From Lytechinus pictus (taxonomy: Eukaryota), in assembly GCF_037042905.1 (NCBI RefSeq), contig NC_087251.1:47060001-47120000 (forward strand): a DNA stretch of 60,000 bases, read 5' to 3'. The position numbers were made by a program, and so were the translations under genes. The notes under the pieces were generated by a model. The model was not told where the DNA came from and searched no databases. It saw only the letters and a program-made list of their open reading frames with translations. Below are positions 13,301 through 27,400 of the stretch, one piece after another (position 1 is the stretch's first letter; every line of letters begins with the position of its first letter).

Positions 13301-15450
13301 CAATTGATTATACTAGAAGAAAAACATTTTGCATGTCAAATTCTTTGCGAGTTTAAACAAGGAAAAATGTACAAAATTATTGACAATATATTTAAAATCA
13401 TACTAATCCTCAAGGTTCCACTTCCGTCTGTCTCTGGAAACATTTATGTTTCTGTCTAAAGGGGAAAAAACGAAACAGTGCTATCTTACGATCTCCAAAT
13501 CTTTTATTACTTTGAAATATCTCCTTCAAGATATTACTTTCAAATGTAGATACCTCTGTTACACGGACATCATGTCCTTGTAATGGTCATATTGAATAGC
13601 ATTACTTGAATATTTGACATATTTTTCTAGTATCAACACACTAAATGCAAGTTAACTTATCTTACTCAAGTGTAGAAATACAACATCTACAAGCAAGCTT
13701 CTGTAATTCATATCAATGAACAGGTAAAATGTTTTTTTATTCATACACAATTATAAAAATTTTTGATACCTTTGATACAATATTTTGATACAAAAGGTAC
13801 TAGTTTAGTTCTTCTAAGACAAAACAAGACAAAGTTGGCATTGAAGACATGGACAACGCATTTATACCTTACACATATAAACTTGTTCAATTTGTTAACT
13901 CTAATATGTTTTACCTCAGTTACATGGACATCATGTCCTCAAAATGGAAGTGTAGAAGTGACATTAATTAAAATATAATCATGTCATCACTGGACCTTAC
14001 ATACATTAGATAAAACATTAAGTTCCAACATGCGAAAAGGACAATTGTAAAGTACTTAGTGGACAAATTTAATTAAAAAAACTCACCACCTTTATATCTT
14101 CTGTTTTTTTAACAGAGTTGTAAGCGAGAAAGTAAAATGTACTAAGCTATTCTAATGTTCAAAAAATAAAACTGCAAGAACTCTTTGGTAAACTTCTTAC
14201 TGGCAAATGCAAAAAAAATGTATTACACTGTACACTAAACCTGACTATCAAAATTAACATGCAATATTTCTCTCTGCATTCAGGTTACAAGTTTATGAAC
14301 TTCAAGAAGACTGGTGACCCAATAAGAAATTTCAGTTTGGAAGAGGATTCTGTCAATGTCACAAAGTGGATGGAGGTAGAATTGTGCCTCGCCATCAGGC
14401 CAGGAGTACAGGTCACCAGATTGACACTTCATGTACTGAAGATATACATTTTCACCTTGAACAGAAGCTCCCTGTAGTTGAGAAAAATAGTATTTGGAAG
14501 TTTGACTATATTTTTTAAGCAATAAGCAAATATTTTTTATATTATATCAAATCATTTACTTATTTATGTCTTGACATTTTCTCATTAAAGGGGGTGGATT
14601 ACTAGGGACAATGAATCTGATCTGTTCTTGCAAAATACACAGGAACCTTCACTTTGTATTTTTTCATAGCAAATAGAATTCATAATTTCATAGTTCATAA
14701 ATTAAATATAAAGTTACATTTTATAGAAGGTTTTTGTATTTGTGTTGTTGTGTTCTACTTTGTTTTCACAATAAAATTACTTGCCCATTACCTTTTCATA
14801 AATTATCTGTACTTCAATTTCATTTATCAATGGATTAATTTAATAATCTAATTTTATTCTGCATTCTAATCAAGGGTGTTTATCTAGACAATTCCATTTA
14901 GTTTTTTATGACCATCCTATTTAATTTTCATTGCTGAAGTTTAATTGTTCAAGCAATTACATAATATATGTATGTTTTATTGGAATTAAATGAATTAATG
15001 GAATTCAAATCTGCAATTTACCTTCTGATACAGCAAATAAACTCTTGTGAAACAAACTTGATTGTGTCACATTTTCTTTTGTTCACTTGTACATGTTTTT
15101 AAAATCTCATTATATCGCAATAAAAAAAATCACATTGAAAACAATCACATAGACTTTCGCTTTCTGATAAAACGAACCCCCCCCCCCCTCTCCTTACAAT
15201 TGAATACATAGAAATCAAATACAAAATATTGAAAAAATATTGAGAGAAAAAAAGAATGTGCTGAAAAGTATAACATTCAACAAGATGAAAAGTTTTGGGA
15301 AGGTTAGGTCTACAGCCAAGAATTACTAGTAATTGGATTATGGCCATGCTTCATCATACACAAAGCACATGTACTATGTGTAGGGGGTTAGTAACAGAAA
15401 AATTATTTTGCCCCCCCCCCCCCCTTCTTTCGGATTGGGATCAGCTGACA

Positions 15451-15486
<36 letters not shown>

Positions 15487-18400
15487 GGGGGGGGGGGGGC
15501 CTGCCTCCCCCGTGGCGCTGCCACTGGTTCTAAACTCTCATTTTTTGGGGGAAATTCAAATTTGATCATCAGGTCTTTGATACCCATATTACGTAGAATC
15601 AGTAGGAGCCAATTTAAACAAGGCGAGATTTTGTACCAAATCTGAGATGTCAGCATGATCATCGGTGATAGAGCAGTTTTCAGTATCCATTGTCCTATTG
15701 AAATAACATATTTCGGTGTTTAAAAAAATCAACTAAATTGCGATTGAATCATGTCAGCTAACATTCAAAACATGTTTGCACGGAATCACAGTAATAAAAA
15801 CATTATTTCTTTGGGGCCGTTTAGCAAATCTGGAACAAACACGGCGATGTCTCAATCACATATTTCACTTACACGAAAAGATACATGTGGGACTGTAGTA
15901 AAAGATTATGGAAAATTAGCGAGATTTTTCAACCTTAAAAACACTTTCTGCATGATAATATAGTTTCACATTTTTAAGATAAGGTTTAACTGATTTAAAA
16001 ATACGAGTATCGGGATAAATCTCCGTACTTACGTCGCTTTGAAAGGGAAAACATCGTGGAGATCCAATCCACCGTTACACGGACATTGCAGGAAGATTCC
16101 CAATTGCAATGCTGCAAAACACCCGATATCATAGCCGTTCATGTGCACGTGGATTTCGGCTAACATCCCGTCCGTCTGATACAACGACGGTCTCTTCTCC
16201 GGTCTCTCCTTTTTACATACGCGATGAAATGTGATCCACCGTTACAAATTTGGCCCGGACATCGCCCAAAACATCGGCGACCCTTGATTAATTTACATGA
16301 CATTAACATTGGTTTTCAAAGCTAATCTTTTGATGAAAAGTTGCTTACTGCCTGCCCTTTATTTCTGACACATAACTTTGGAAAGAATGATTTCTGACTT
16401 TAAGTTATTTACCACTTTACCGCCGTTACAGAAAAAAAAAACGCGGACATCGCATGTAACGGTGGTATGCGATGTTGTAGGAATGATTTATGATATGAAG
16501 CCTCTTTTCATTTGCTATCCCATTACTGTTTTGTTATTAAACAAATGTTGCTTTATCAATCATGGCCATTTGAATTTGACTAAGTTTATCTTTTAATTAG
16601 ATATCTTCAACTGAAAATGACCATTTTGGATGTCACACTTGGTACCCCAAAAAAGAGTCTGGACATCATCATTTAAAGTCTCACCATCAAAAATACTTGA
16701 GGTTCAACATTTTTATTTCTGCATCAAGTAATTGCTTACATAACTGCCTTCCAACAAAACCACATTGCAACATCCAAACGCCAAACACATTTTCAGGATA
16801 AAGCCAACAATTCATAGGGAACACAAAAAAGTGCTGTTGCCCCAACCCCGTGGAATGACCCAACTATGACCTCAAAATGACCTTTGACCTTACCATATGA
16901 CCTCCGACTGCAGAATAACATGCAGGTCCCCTAAGTTCATCTACCATCCAAGTTTGGTTGAAAAGTGACTTACAGTTGCGGAGTTATGTGACATAAGAGT
17001 CTTGCACGCAAACTTTAACGTTGACCTGAAAATGACTTTTGATCTTACCATATGACCTCCGACTACAGTTTAACATGCAGGTCCCCTAAGTACATCTGCC
17101 ATCCAAGTTTGGTTGAAAAGTGACTTAGGGTCGCAGATTTATGTGTCATAAGAGTCCTGCACATAAATTTTAATGTTGACCTGAAAATGACCTTTGACCT
17201 TACCATGTGATCTCCGACTGCAGAATAACATGCAGGTTCCCTAAGTGCATCTACCATCCAAAAATGACTAACGGTTGCGAAGTTATGTGTCATAAAGTTT
17301 GTGACGGACGGATGACATTTGGATCCCTCAGTCTCGCCTTCACCTCTGGTGGGCAAGACAAAAATGGAGGTACCTTTATATATTCATTGGTTTTGTACAC
17401 AAAGTAAGGTTCGTTGTTCCTTGTCTGAATGATACCTCAGTCACATTTACTCTACGGCGGTCGTACGGGGAGTCGAAAACAGCTGTTTTATTCATTTTTA
17501 TTCAAACCTAAATTTAGCTGGTACAAAAAATGTTAATATGGCTGCTTTCGATTCGCTGTACGGCCGTCGTAGAGTAAATGTAACTGAGGTGTAAGTGTTC
17601 ATTGGGTTGACCCCTTTGGCAACATTGTTACATGTAGCATAGCCTATATCTTTGTGAATGTAACTGTAATAGACTTGAGTCATGTCTGAATTTTTTTGTT
17701 CCGGAATCCGCTGGTATTGCTCCGGTCAGAATCCGGTATCCCGGTACATGAATTCACGAACAGGGAAGTACAAAGAAGTCACAGATTATACAATATTGAT
17801 TTCATTTTTAAACAAACATTTAAAAAAAACAAGAAAAATATGATGAGAAGACGGAGAAAAAACTCGCCAATGTTTACGTGGCCATCTTTTTCTCTTATTA
17901 GTAGCTATGCTATGACAATGAGACGCATATAGAGTCTGCTGCCCTCTCGTACATGTAGCTTAGCTACTAACAAAGATAAAGATGGCTACGTAAACAACAG
18001 CAAGTTTTTTCCCGTCTTCTCATCATATATTTTCTTGGTGGTCACCTGAAATGTAACAAAGAAACCTGAGTTATGATTGGTAAGACTGAATAAAACATAC
18101 TCGATGGTTATGTTAAGATATTAAGAAGAAGAAAATGTTAAACTATTTGTTATGTATTATACATGTATATATATTTTTTTGCCCTTCCACAGGGTTCTTT
18201 ATTTTCAAAAAGCATAATTACACTGTATAATCATTGACAATTTTTTCAGACAAACAGTAAATTATGTATTATATTGTTTTATCAGAATACCGGAACAGAG
18301 AAAAACAAAACCGTAACCTGCACATATCGGACGGACTCCGGTATTCTGTCCGTTTCCGACCCAGGCCTAAACTGTAATGTAATGTTTTAATTCAATGTTT

Positions 18401-21400
18401 CGTTTCTTTTCATTTACAGGCTGGAGAGGGGCCTCCCTTCTTGACGGTTGGTACGGATGTCAGTGCCAAATACCGAGGGGCTTTCTGTGAAGCCAAGGTC
18501 AAAGTGGTTAAGAAGTTGGTAAAATGCAAGGTAAAGTTGTTTCCATTGAAAACATTGTTGTTCTGTAAAGATAGAATATTCTGTCTCTTTGGAGTGAAAC
18601 AGAGTAACTTCACTCAACCCGTATATCGTCTATATAGCTCCAGCAATATAATTTATTGTTATGCAAATTGGACTACAGTTGGATGTTCTCTTTAACCTTG
18701 ATAGATCCCAAATCAGCTTTAATATTTTACAGCTCAGATAGTCAATAGCAGGTTGATATTTGTTGAGGGCAAAAGAGAGTATTAAAAGCCAATTGTTTTT
18801 CTGTCAGGAAAGAAGAGGAAAGTTATTTTTGCAGTACCCTTAAATATGCCTATTGTATAGAAAGAACTGATATTAATATATTCAACTCAAGAGTATGAAT
18901 AAAAAGAAATCATAAAATGATCTGAATATTTATTTTGGCCAAGTTAGCAATCAGTGTGATAATGTTTAATACACTTATTTTATAGTGAAGGAACCGGGCA
19001 GGTTCCTCGTTTGAGATGTACACCCGACAGAAAACAATACCGTAGTCAAGTTTTAGATTGGTGACTGCTTTTAATGGAGGAGAAAGAAAACCCCTGCATT
19101 GTACAGAAATAAAATAGAAATACAATAAGTACCGATTCATATAATTACTAACATGTTGAATTAAATTACAGTATGAATGGCATTCATGAAGAGGTAAGAT
19201 ATTTCTGTAAAGAATACAGTTCAACAGATAAATTCGAAGTTGATATTCAATTAATGAATCAGAATTGAATAACTAGCGCATGGATATAAAATTTCACCAT
19301 ATGCCACAAATATTATCAATCAATTAAATTGTATAATTGATATTATAATGAAACGATATTTTATATAAATATATTTTTTAAGCATAACTGAATCGATATA
19401 CCAATCGATTAAAATATATATAATCGATCATAATGAAAGATGAAATAACTATCGATATGATTACTTGGGTCTTAATTGAATCACATAAAAAATACTTCAC
19501 TTTATCAATTAAGTAAGCTACACTCACCCTGGTCATGGGGCGGTGAAATTATGAATTACATGAAAGGTGCAGAAGGTAGCTCAAAACCCGGGTGGCGAAC
19601 CGCATTTGCAGTACGTGGCTAAAAATACAAATAAATTACATGAATTATGAAATACACGAGTTTTATTTTATAAATCAACAAATTCAGAAAGGTTCAGATA
19701 TCTGAAAGTACCCTAAATATACCGAATACGGCCTGACAATAAATTGATCGTTCTGCCGCTTCGATTTGGTCAAAATTGACATAATTATAAATCTTCTCAA
19801 TCTTTATCAAAGTTTTACGATATATGCAACAGGTAAATTAAACATCATTACGGTACAACTTTCATTTTCGTTACGATCGATAGTAATGATTCCAGTTACA
19901 TAATAATCGACAATAAATAATACCAGGCACTAGCTCAGTGCCACGCCCTAAAATGTAAAGGCGGTCGATGGATCACATATCAGGTAAATCAAAGTAAATC
20001 AAATATAACTCGGAATTGAATAATTAACTGCCATAAAACATCATACTTCAACATACATTAAGATCATCATTTAATCGTTCAATATTAAATAACGTACCTT
20101 GGCTGATTACTGTAATTAAAAACTGCCTTGCCACGTACACACAGAAAATCGATTATAAGAAGACGTACGGTCTGGGCACCTTTCTCGATGACTTATTTCC
20201 CGCAAGTGACGCTAAACGCGCCTTCCCGTAAGGGCTTGCCCGACATGAGTTATCGAACTATTTTAATAAAAATAAATCGGGACTTCCGAATGAAAAGGAA
20301 GGTAATAAATAAGTATATTAAAACAATTGTTATATGTAATCTTATTTTTAATATATACAATTATTAACTGTTATTTTTAAGAAATAAAAGAAATATGTTA
20401 TTGCTGGACTACTTAGTCAGCGGAGGAAATTATAAGTAATACGATTTGTAAAGACTGTGACGTATCTAAAAAACGGCGGCAAAATAAACTAGTGGGTCTT
20501 TAATTAGACAAAACTAGAAATAAAGTTAATCAAATTATTTAGGTCGCTACAATAGTATAGAATATTGACAACTCTCCAATGTAATTCTAGTACTAGATTC
20601 ACAATAGTGAATCTCCACAATGCCCTGTGTTGTAAAGTGTCTAGGCCTACATTTTTATGCCCGATTTTGGCAGTTGAGGATAAGAACACATGATAATTGA
20701 TTGATAAGCAAAATGATCTTAATTCATTGCTTTCCCTAGTTAATGCCAACTTGTCTTCAATTCAATCAATTTGGACGATGTAAATAGTTTTAACTGGGAT
20801 GAAATTAAAAACAAGTAACCACTGTGACTTGGTCTGATGTTAAGAAATCAGTAAACTCAAGCAAGAGTTCAGTTCTTTCCAAAAAGTTTATGCATTGTCA
20901 ACTATTTCTAATTATCCTACATGAAATGATTGTTATCTCAAATAAACGAGAGTTGTGACACTTTGAAGACTGAATTGAACTTTGTTATTAATTTTAAACC
21001 ATATTTCATTTCTTGTTTAGATCAACTTCAAAAGTGGAACAAGCTGCATAGTCAGTGATGACCTTGTGAAAGGAACTCTTAAAGTAAGTACATCGTCAAG
21101 TACATTGCCATTCTTCTGGGCTCAACTCTATTACTTGTTTTCAAAGTTTTAATTTCTAAAATAAAGTTGTATATAAAAACTATATCTGTAAGATACATGT
21201 AAGTGTAAGAAAAATAATGCGTAAGAGACAGGGCACTAGAACAGTCTAATTCACAAAGAATCTATCCATGAAAATAATGTGATAGTCACAACTTTTTAGT
21301 AAGATTGCAATGTAAGAATGATACTCCAGTATACTTATTTTCTTTCCCGGTGTTGTTGACCTGTTGATTTTTAAAAAAGTTTGGAAAGTCAAATTTGTTT

Positions 21401-24400
21401 GGCAGCTCATTTATTTTAGTGGAGAATTGAAGTTGCTGTTTATTATCTGCTAGTCTTGTCCTGAGCAGCAATGAGTCCATTTTACATTACACAGCTTCTC
21501 TAAATATGATAGATGTATAGTATTGATTGAATTTTAGTTTGTCTTGCTTCAATGACATGTATATCAGGGATTTAAGCAAATAATTGCTGTTGGTGAAGAT
21601 GATGGGACAAACAATTCTGAGATGAAATTCAGACAAAGAAAATAAGTTGAATCTCCTAGGAGTGGCTGCCTACCCACCTTTGCATTTAGTGTGCACCTGT
21701 GTTGGCTTTTTGTGTGTACCAGTATATACAATCATTTGGGAAATAAGTACTTGTTTATGTTTATTTAAATACTCTCATTGGTTAGATATATTGCAACAAA
21801 CTTTCATACAATGTGCAACAAATTCTTACCATTGATATTACTCACTTTCCTGTTGTGAATACTACAAATAATGGTATTGCTTGCTTATTGAGACCAACGT
21901 TCTCGCTACCACGCGTCACGGTTGGCGGGCGCCGACAACCCTGAAAATTTTCAGGGCAAATCCGCCAACCGTGAACTTCCCCGACAACCGTGGCCGACAA
22001 CTGTAAAACAGGCCTAGATCCACACAAAAAACTGAATAATATATTTAAAATAAAAACAATCTGCTTTTCAGATCCTAAAATAAACTTGTCGATTATTTCT
22101 TCCACGATTTCTTCCCGGGATTTCTTTGCTTCGCTACTATGCTGTATACGATACGACCTCGACTCGAGGCCCAATTTAACTCTCTCTCTCTTATGTGGGA
22201 AGTGCGAAGATGTTTACCTCGCATTTGCGTATCGCATTGCTCTCATTATTTACGTCTTTAAGGCTGCGTTTATGCGACCTCAAGCCAGAATCATGATTTG
22301 AATCATGATTTGAATCATGATTCAAAACACAAACATGAATCACAATATCACAGAATCAGCGTTTAGACGACCTTCATTCCAATGCTGTTTCTCCTCAGAT
22401 TCGGGCCAATCCAGTGCGCATCACTAGTGCGCAGTTTGACAGAGGAAGTTTTTCGCACGTGTTTCGGCTCTCGAAAAATCTTTTGCTTCCAGAATTCAGT
22501 CTATACCTCATTTTGTTTACTTCTATCATATAGGGTCCATATGCTTCTATTCATCTTGTTAGTTTATCCAAAATGGTGTTCGGAAGTGAATTTCAGCGTA
22601 GATCCAATTTAGTATTGATACTGTATACTCAACAACTGAGATCATTGTCTGTCCAGTTAATTCATTTACTAGAACTTGAAGTTGAAGACATGACCAAAAA
22701 ATGAAAAGTAGTGGACGATGCGATGACCAACACAGAGCTTGAACATGACAAGAAATGCATGCGTAGTACATATTCATGTACATACAGCGCCTTGAGCTAG
22801 GCAAGAGTCAAACCGAAAGTAGCCCGACACAACAGTGAGGTCATATAATCATGATTCAAATCACGATATCGTTTATTCGAACATTTTCGTACGTGATTCT
22901 GCAGAAACGTCTTTCCAAACGCCCCTTTTTTCGTGTTTCATGTTTGTGATTCTAATCATGATTATATTCAATTTCGACTAAACGCAATCGTGATTCTGCA
23001 GAATCATGATTTGAATCATGATTCAGATCATGATTCTAGGGTAAAAAGTGGCGGATAAACGCACCCCAAAATGGTAGTAAAATACGCTCAAAAATAAAGT
23101 GAGAAGAGAGGGGTACCGTGGGTTACTGGGTTGGGCAATGTAATTTAGATGTTACGAATTTCAGTTGATATTGTCATTTATTTTGTCAAAAGTAAAGTGT
23201 GTCAAACAATAATATAAAAATTCGATCGAAATTTAGTTTCATCTCGTCCCAGGCCCCAGCCTTATTATAGCTACATCTACATGAATTCATTGAATGCATT
23301 TCTGATGACACTGCCGTAGAACGAATTGAGAAAATTATTAAAAGATCACGTTAATAATGACAAAGCCACAGCCACAGGAATGGATTGATATAATGTCCAA
23401 CTCATTCACTTACAGCAAAATGATTATTCACATTTATATTCCAATTTTACTCCATAATTTCCAAAGTCTTGATCTCTACATCGATCTTTTGAAAGTGTTG
23501 ATTAATTTCGCGACGGTGTGTCTACCAAGTTCTGTGTCACTGCACTAGCGCTCGCCATGGCCACATACATAATACAAATCGCACATGGCATCAAAATCTA
23601 TCCGAGTCTTCCAAAATTAGATGGGATCCAAAACCGATTTGAATGTTTTTTTTTTCTTCAGATATTCATTGAATCTGTTATAATTTTCATAAGTAATAAT
23701 CTTTATTAATTTTATTCACGCTTTTTATCATATTACGACTCATTTTTTAATGTGAGTTATACGTACAGTGTATTTTCATTTGTATTGTTCTTTATTACTC
23801 TTTGCCTGCCAATTAAATAATGAACGCACCTGTCACCGTCCTGAGAAATGTTTTTAGTCATTACAGTGAATACTTCATGAATTTGTTGTACAATTGCTTA
23901 ACAACTCCCGGTAACAACTACGATTTAAAATAAAATATTATTTGAAATTAATTTGTGTAAAGGAGAAAGAGAATAATGGGAGGTGGTCGTGGGCAATATA
24001 AATGAAAATGATGGGATGTTTGTGACTTTGTGGGGGAGGGGATTGGCGAAAAGAAGTCAATGTTCGGAGCGAATTAAATTAATATTCTTTTATGGATGTG
24101 TCTACTGTGATTGTGGCTGCATAATCTTTATGGCGAGTGGAAAATTAACCCTTGGACTTGGTCGGGAGGGGTACGTGATTCAATAGATTTCAATAAAAGT
24201 ACACATTCAACAAAGTGGAATTGACAATTCATTCACAGATATTCATTTCAGGGCCGTGGAAACAGGGGGGGGGGCTGGGTGGGCTTCAGCTCCCCCACTT
24301 TTTTTTCCAAAACCGTGTACAAAAACAGGACCACCTGATTGCGTTTTTTGCATGATGGTCAGCCCCCCCCCCCCCCACTTTCAAGACCTTTCCGCGGCCC

Positions 24401-27400
24401 CTGCATTTCAAGTACGAATTATTGAAGTTGATATGTGTGAACGTTTTAGAGGATATGTATTTCGTTTGCCCACGCCCACATGAGTCGCTAGTATAATTTG
24501 AATATCGCTGGATGAATTTTTCAATTTCACTTATGTCGTTATATATGTTTTATATCGGAATTGTGTTTTATATATAGAGTTATCTTTACAACGTCGTTAG
24601 CCTAATTACTGCGAGTGGATTATATTTATGAAATGAGTTGGAATGCGAACGAGACGCCCCAAAGCCGATGGCACGTGATCTAATTAGTATTCACTTTCTG
24701 GGTTGAGCCAATCATTGTGCTTGAAAACGGGTTTCCCCGAATTCCCGCCCTTGGAATGACTGTGTACCATGTGCGTGACCTGTTAACCTGTTGTATGAAT
24801 GCGAATCAGCTGGTTTCGTGACCTCAAATATTCTTCATGTTGTTTACGCTGGATGGGGGCTATAAAAAGATCTTTCTGACTCTTTTTTTTTCAATTTTAA
24901 TAATCTGTTCGTGAATTTCTGTAACTTGAAAACTGATGCAATTTATTGAATCACGTACCTCGATCTTCCCACTCATGGTGCAAGAAAATATTTTTAAAAT
25001 TCAAAATCGCCAAAATATACATGTAAAGAAAGATTATTCAGCCGTCATCATCAGTAGTAGTATAGACATGTCTATAAATGTGCATTCGCTTCGAATATTG
25101 ACTTCTTCACCAATCCCACACACACGTACGATCTCAACATCCCCTTGTCATTGTCCACGCCACGACCCCTCCCCTTTCGCGCTCCCCCTTCGACCATCCT
25201 AGCTACAACCCTCCCCCCCCCCTCTTCCTCTCTTTCACACACGCTGTATTTGTAGGCCTACATAGTGCATTATTTAAAAATACAAATCTGCTTTCCTGTC
25301 AATTAAGCTTTACTTTTAAAACATTTTAAATCGCAATTAATTATAATAAGAACAAAATCGTAATATTAAAGTATGATGAATGACTAAAAATATTTCTCCC
25401 GCTCGTGATGGACACGTTCATTATTTTATAGGCGAGTATAGAACAATACAAATGAACATAGCAATAATTGACAGTGATAAACGAATCTTGATTGGATATT
25501 ATTAGTATTTTACATCATCAGCAGAAGTCTTAATTATGAGAGTTATAGTTTCAGTGAGTATCTGAAAACAAAACAAACATGCAAATTATATCGTCTCATG
25601 AATACCGATGCCCATTATTTGGAAACCTCGGAAGTTTTCTTCCGAGGCTTCCAAACAAAGTCGGAACAATCTTTGGATTGAGTATAAGGGCGTGGCGCGG
25701 CGCGCATGCGGTCCGTAGATGTAGTCGGTCATTGACACGCATTCACAAAATGAATCGCACTTTCTAAGGACGTAGCGATCTAGACATTGGAAAGTATGGA
25801 GTACATTATCGATGTCATTGATGTGAATAAATCTATAAACTGTAAGTATAAAATGAGATTGAATTTAAATCTTTTCTTTTGACCTTTTTCATCAGTACTT
25901 GCCTTTCTGCTTCAATCGATCGCAATTCGCGCAACCGTTACGGCTGTGTGGCCGGAGAAGCATTAAATAGACATAAAATGTGCATTTAGCAGCAATCTAA
26001 GCTCGTCGATATTGATATTTTCGATAGCTACCGCGCTCCGCGTGGGAGGGGGGACACCCCCCTCCCGCAACCCTCCCCCCGTGCGTGCTTCGCACGCACC
26101 AAGGCCGCTGCGCGGCTTGCGTATCATCGCTTCGCGCCGCCAAGCGTCAGAATGAACCTGGCGAGAACGTTGATTGAGACTATCAAAGATTATATGTAAA
26201 CCTTTTCACAATCAGACACAGATATGTGTGATATAATATTCCTAAGAATGAAGGTGAAAATATTTATTCACTGATCTATATGTAGGACATTTATACTGAG
26301 TTTACTATGTTGTAGAATTTATTGATTTTTACTGAAGCATGCTACATTATTCAGACCTGCCAACCAGTACATTTTAGCCGTATTTAGTACGTTTTTGCAA
26401 CCAAAATACGGCAGTACATTTTTTCTTTGAAAAATACGTTTTTTGTAAAAAAAAAAATAAAAAAAATATATATATATATATATTTTTTTAAACTAAATCG
26501 TAATTTATTGAGAAAAATAATCTCTATATGTCTCTATTTCATAAAACGTGCACAAATATGGTTATTAGATCAATGTACATGTAATTTCAGGTAACTTGTT
26601 TTTTTTTCAATCATTTTGTTCAAACCAGGGTGAAGATATACACATGTTTTGAAGTTTTTTTTTTCATTTGCAAGAGCAGTGCGCATTTTAGCTTGCATGC
26701 AGCTTGAGCTCTGCGAAGAGCGAGTGCGCCAAGCATTTTATTATGAAATACGCTTTTTTTGGGAAAAATACAGTTTTTTTTATCACAGAATACAGTTTTT
26801 CATTCCCAGAGGTTGGCAGGTCTGATTATTGAGTAAAGATTGTATTTTACTTATTAATGCAAGTTTCAATATTAATGATGTTCCATTTCATGATTCAGGA
26901 ATGAATACATGCAGTGGAAAAAAAATCTGTTTGACTCATTGATTACTCACTGTTTTTGTAATTTAGAATATGGCTCGTATGTTAATATTGTTCATCAATG
27001 AAGGGCATGGATGGAAGTATGCTTATCATGTCCATTTTACATGCTAGAATGAAGAATCCAAAGGTTATGTTCGAAATTCCTTAAGAATTTAGAAAAATAT
27101 ATCCAATCAGGGTACATGTGTTTGGTATGGAAGGCGATATGACATTAAACTACATGTACATCTTAGATCTGTTTTGTGATTTTTTTTTACAATCCATGAA
27201 TATATGGTGGCATGCCGTTATTTGACTTTCTACATAGCAGCCTACATACTTGTGACTTTCTCTGTGACTGCTGCCTTGCCAAACATATATCATGTTCTAT
27301 TGTGTTTCCAAGAAAAATTCCATTTCATATTGCAATTTTACATATGAGCCTGTAAGGATTGCTTTTGGCATTCTAATGAATATTGCTGCAAATTATTACA

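Larger units (their letters stand above)
11945..17362 (-). mobile_element. Helentron-associated (HINE/DINE-1/Tsp-like) element with TGACCT-rich tandem units, split by a 4.6-kb insertion
   Basis: Pieces at 11945-12229 and 16862-17362 share TGACCTCAAAATGACCTTTGACCTT units. GTCTCGCC subterminal motifs lie near both ends, with a GACGGACGGA microsatellite near the 5' end. Confidence 0.65.
21895..26172. mobile_element. 4.3-kb TIR DNA transposon with an 8-bp TSD (hAT- or P-like), non-autonomous
   Basis: TIR CAACGTTCTCGC / GCGAGAACGTTG; perfect TSD ATTGAGAC (21887-21894, 26173-26180); GC-rich subterminal hairpins at 26030-26150. Confidence 0.88.
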
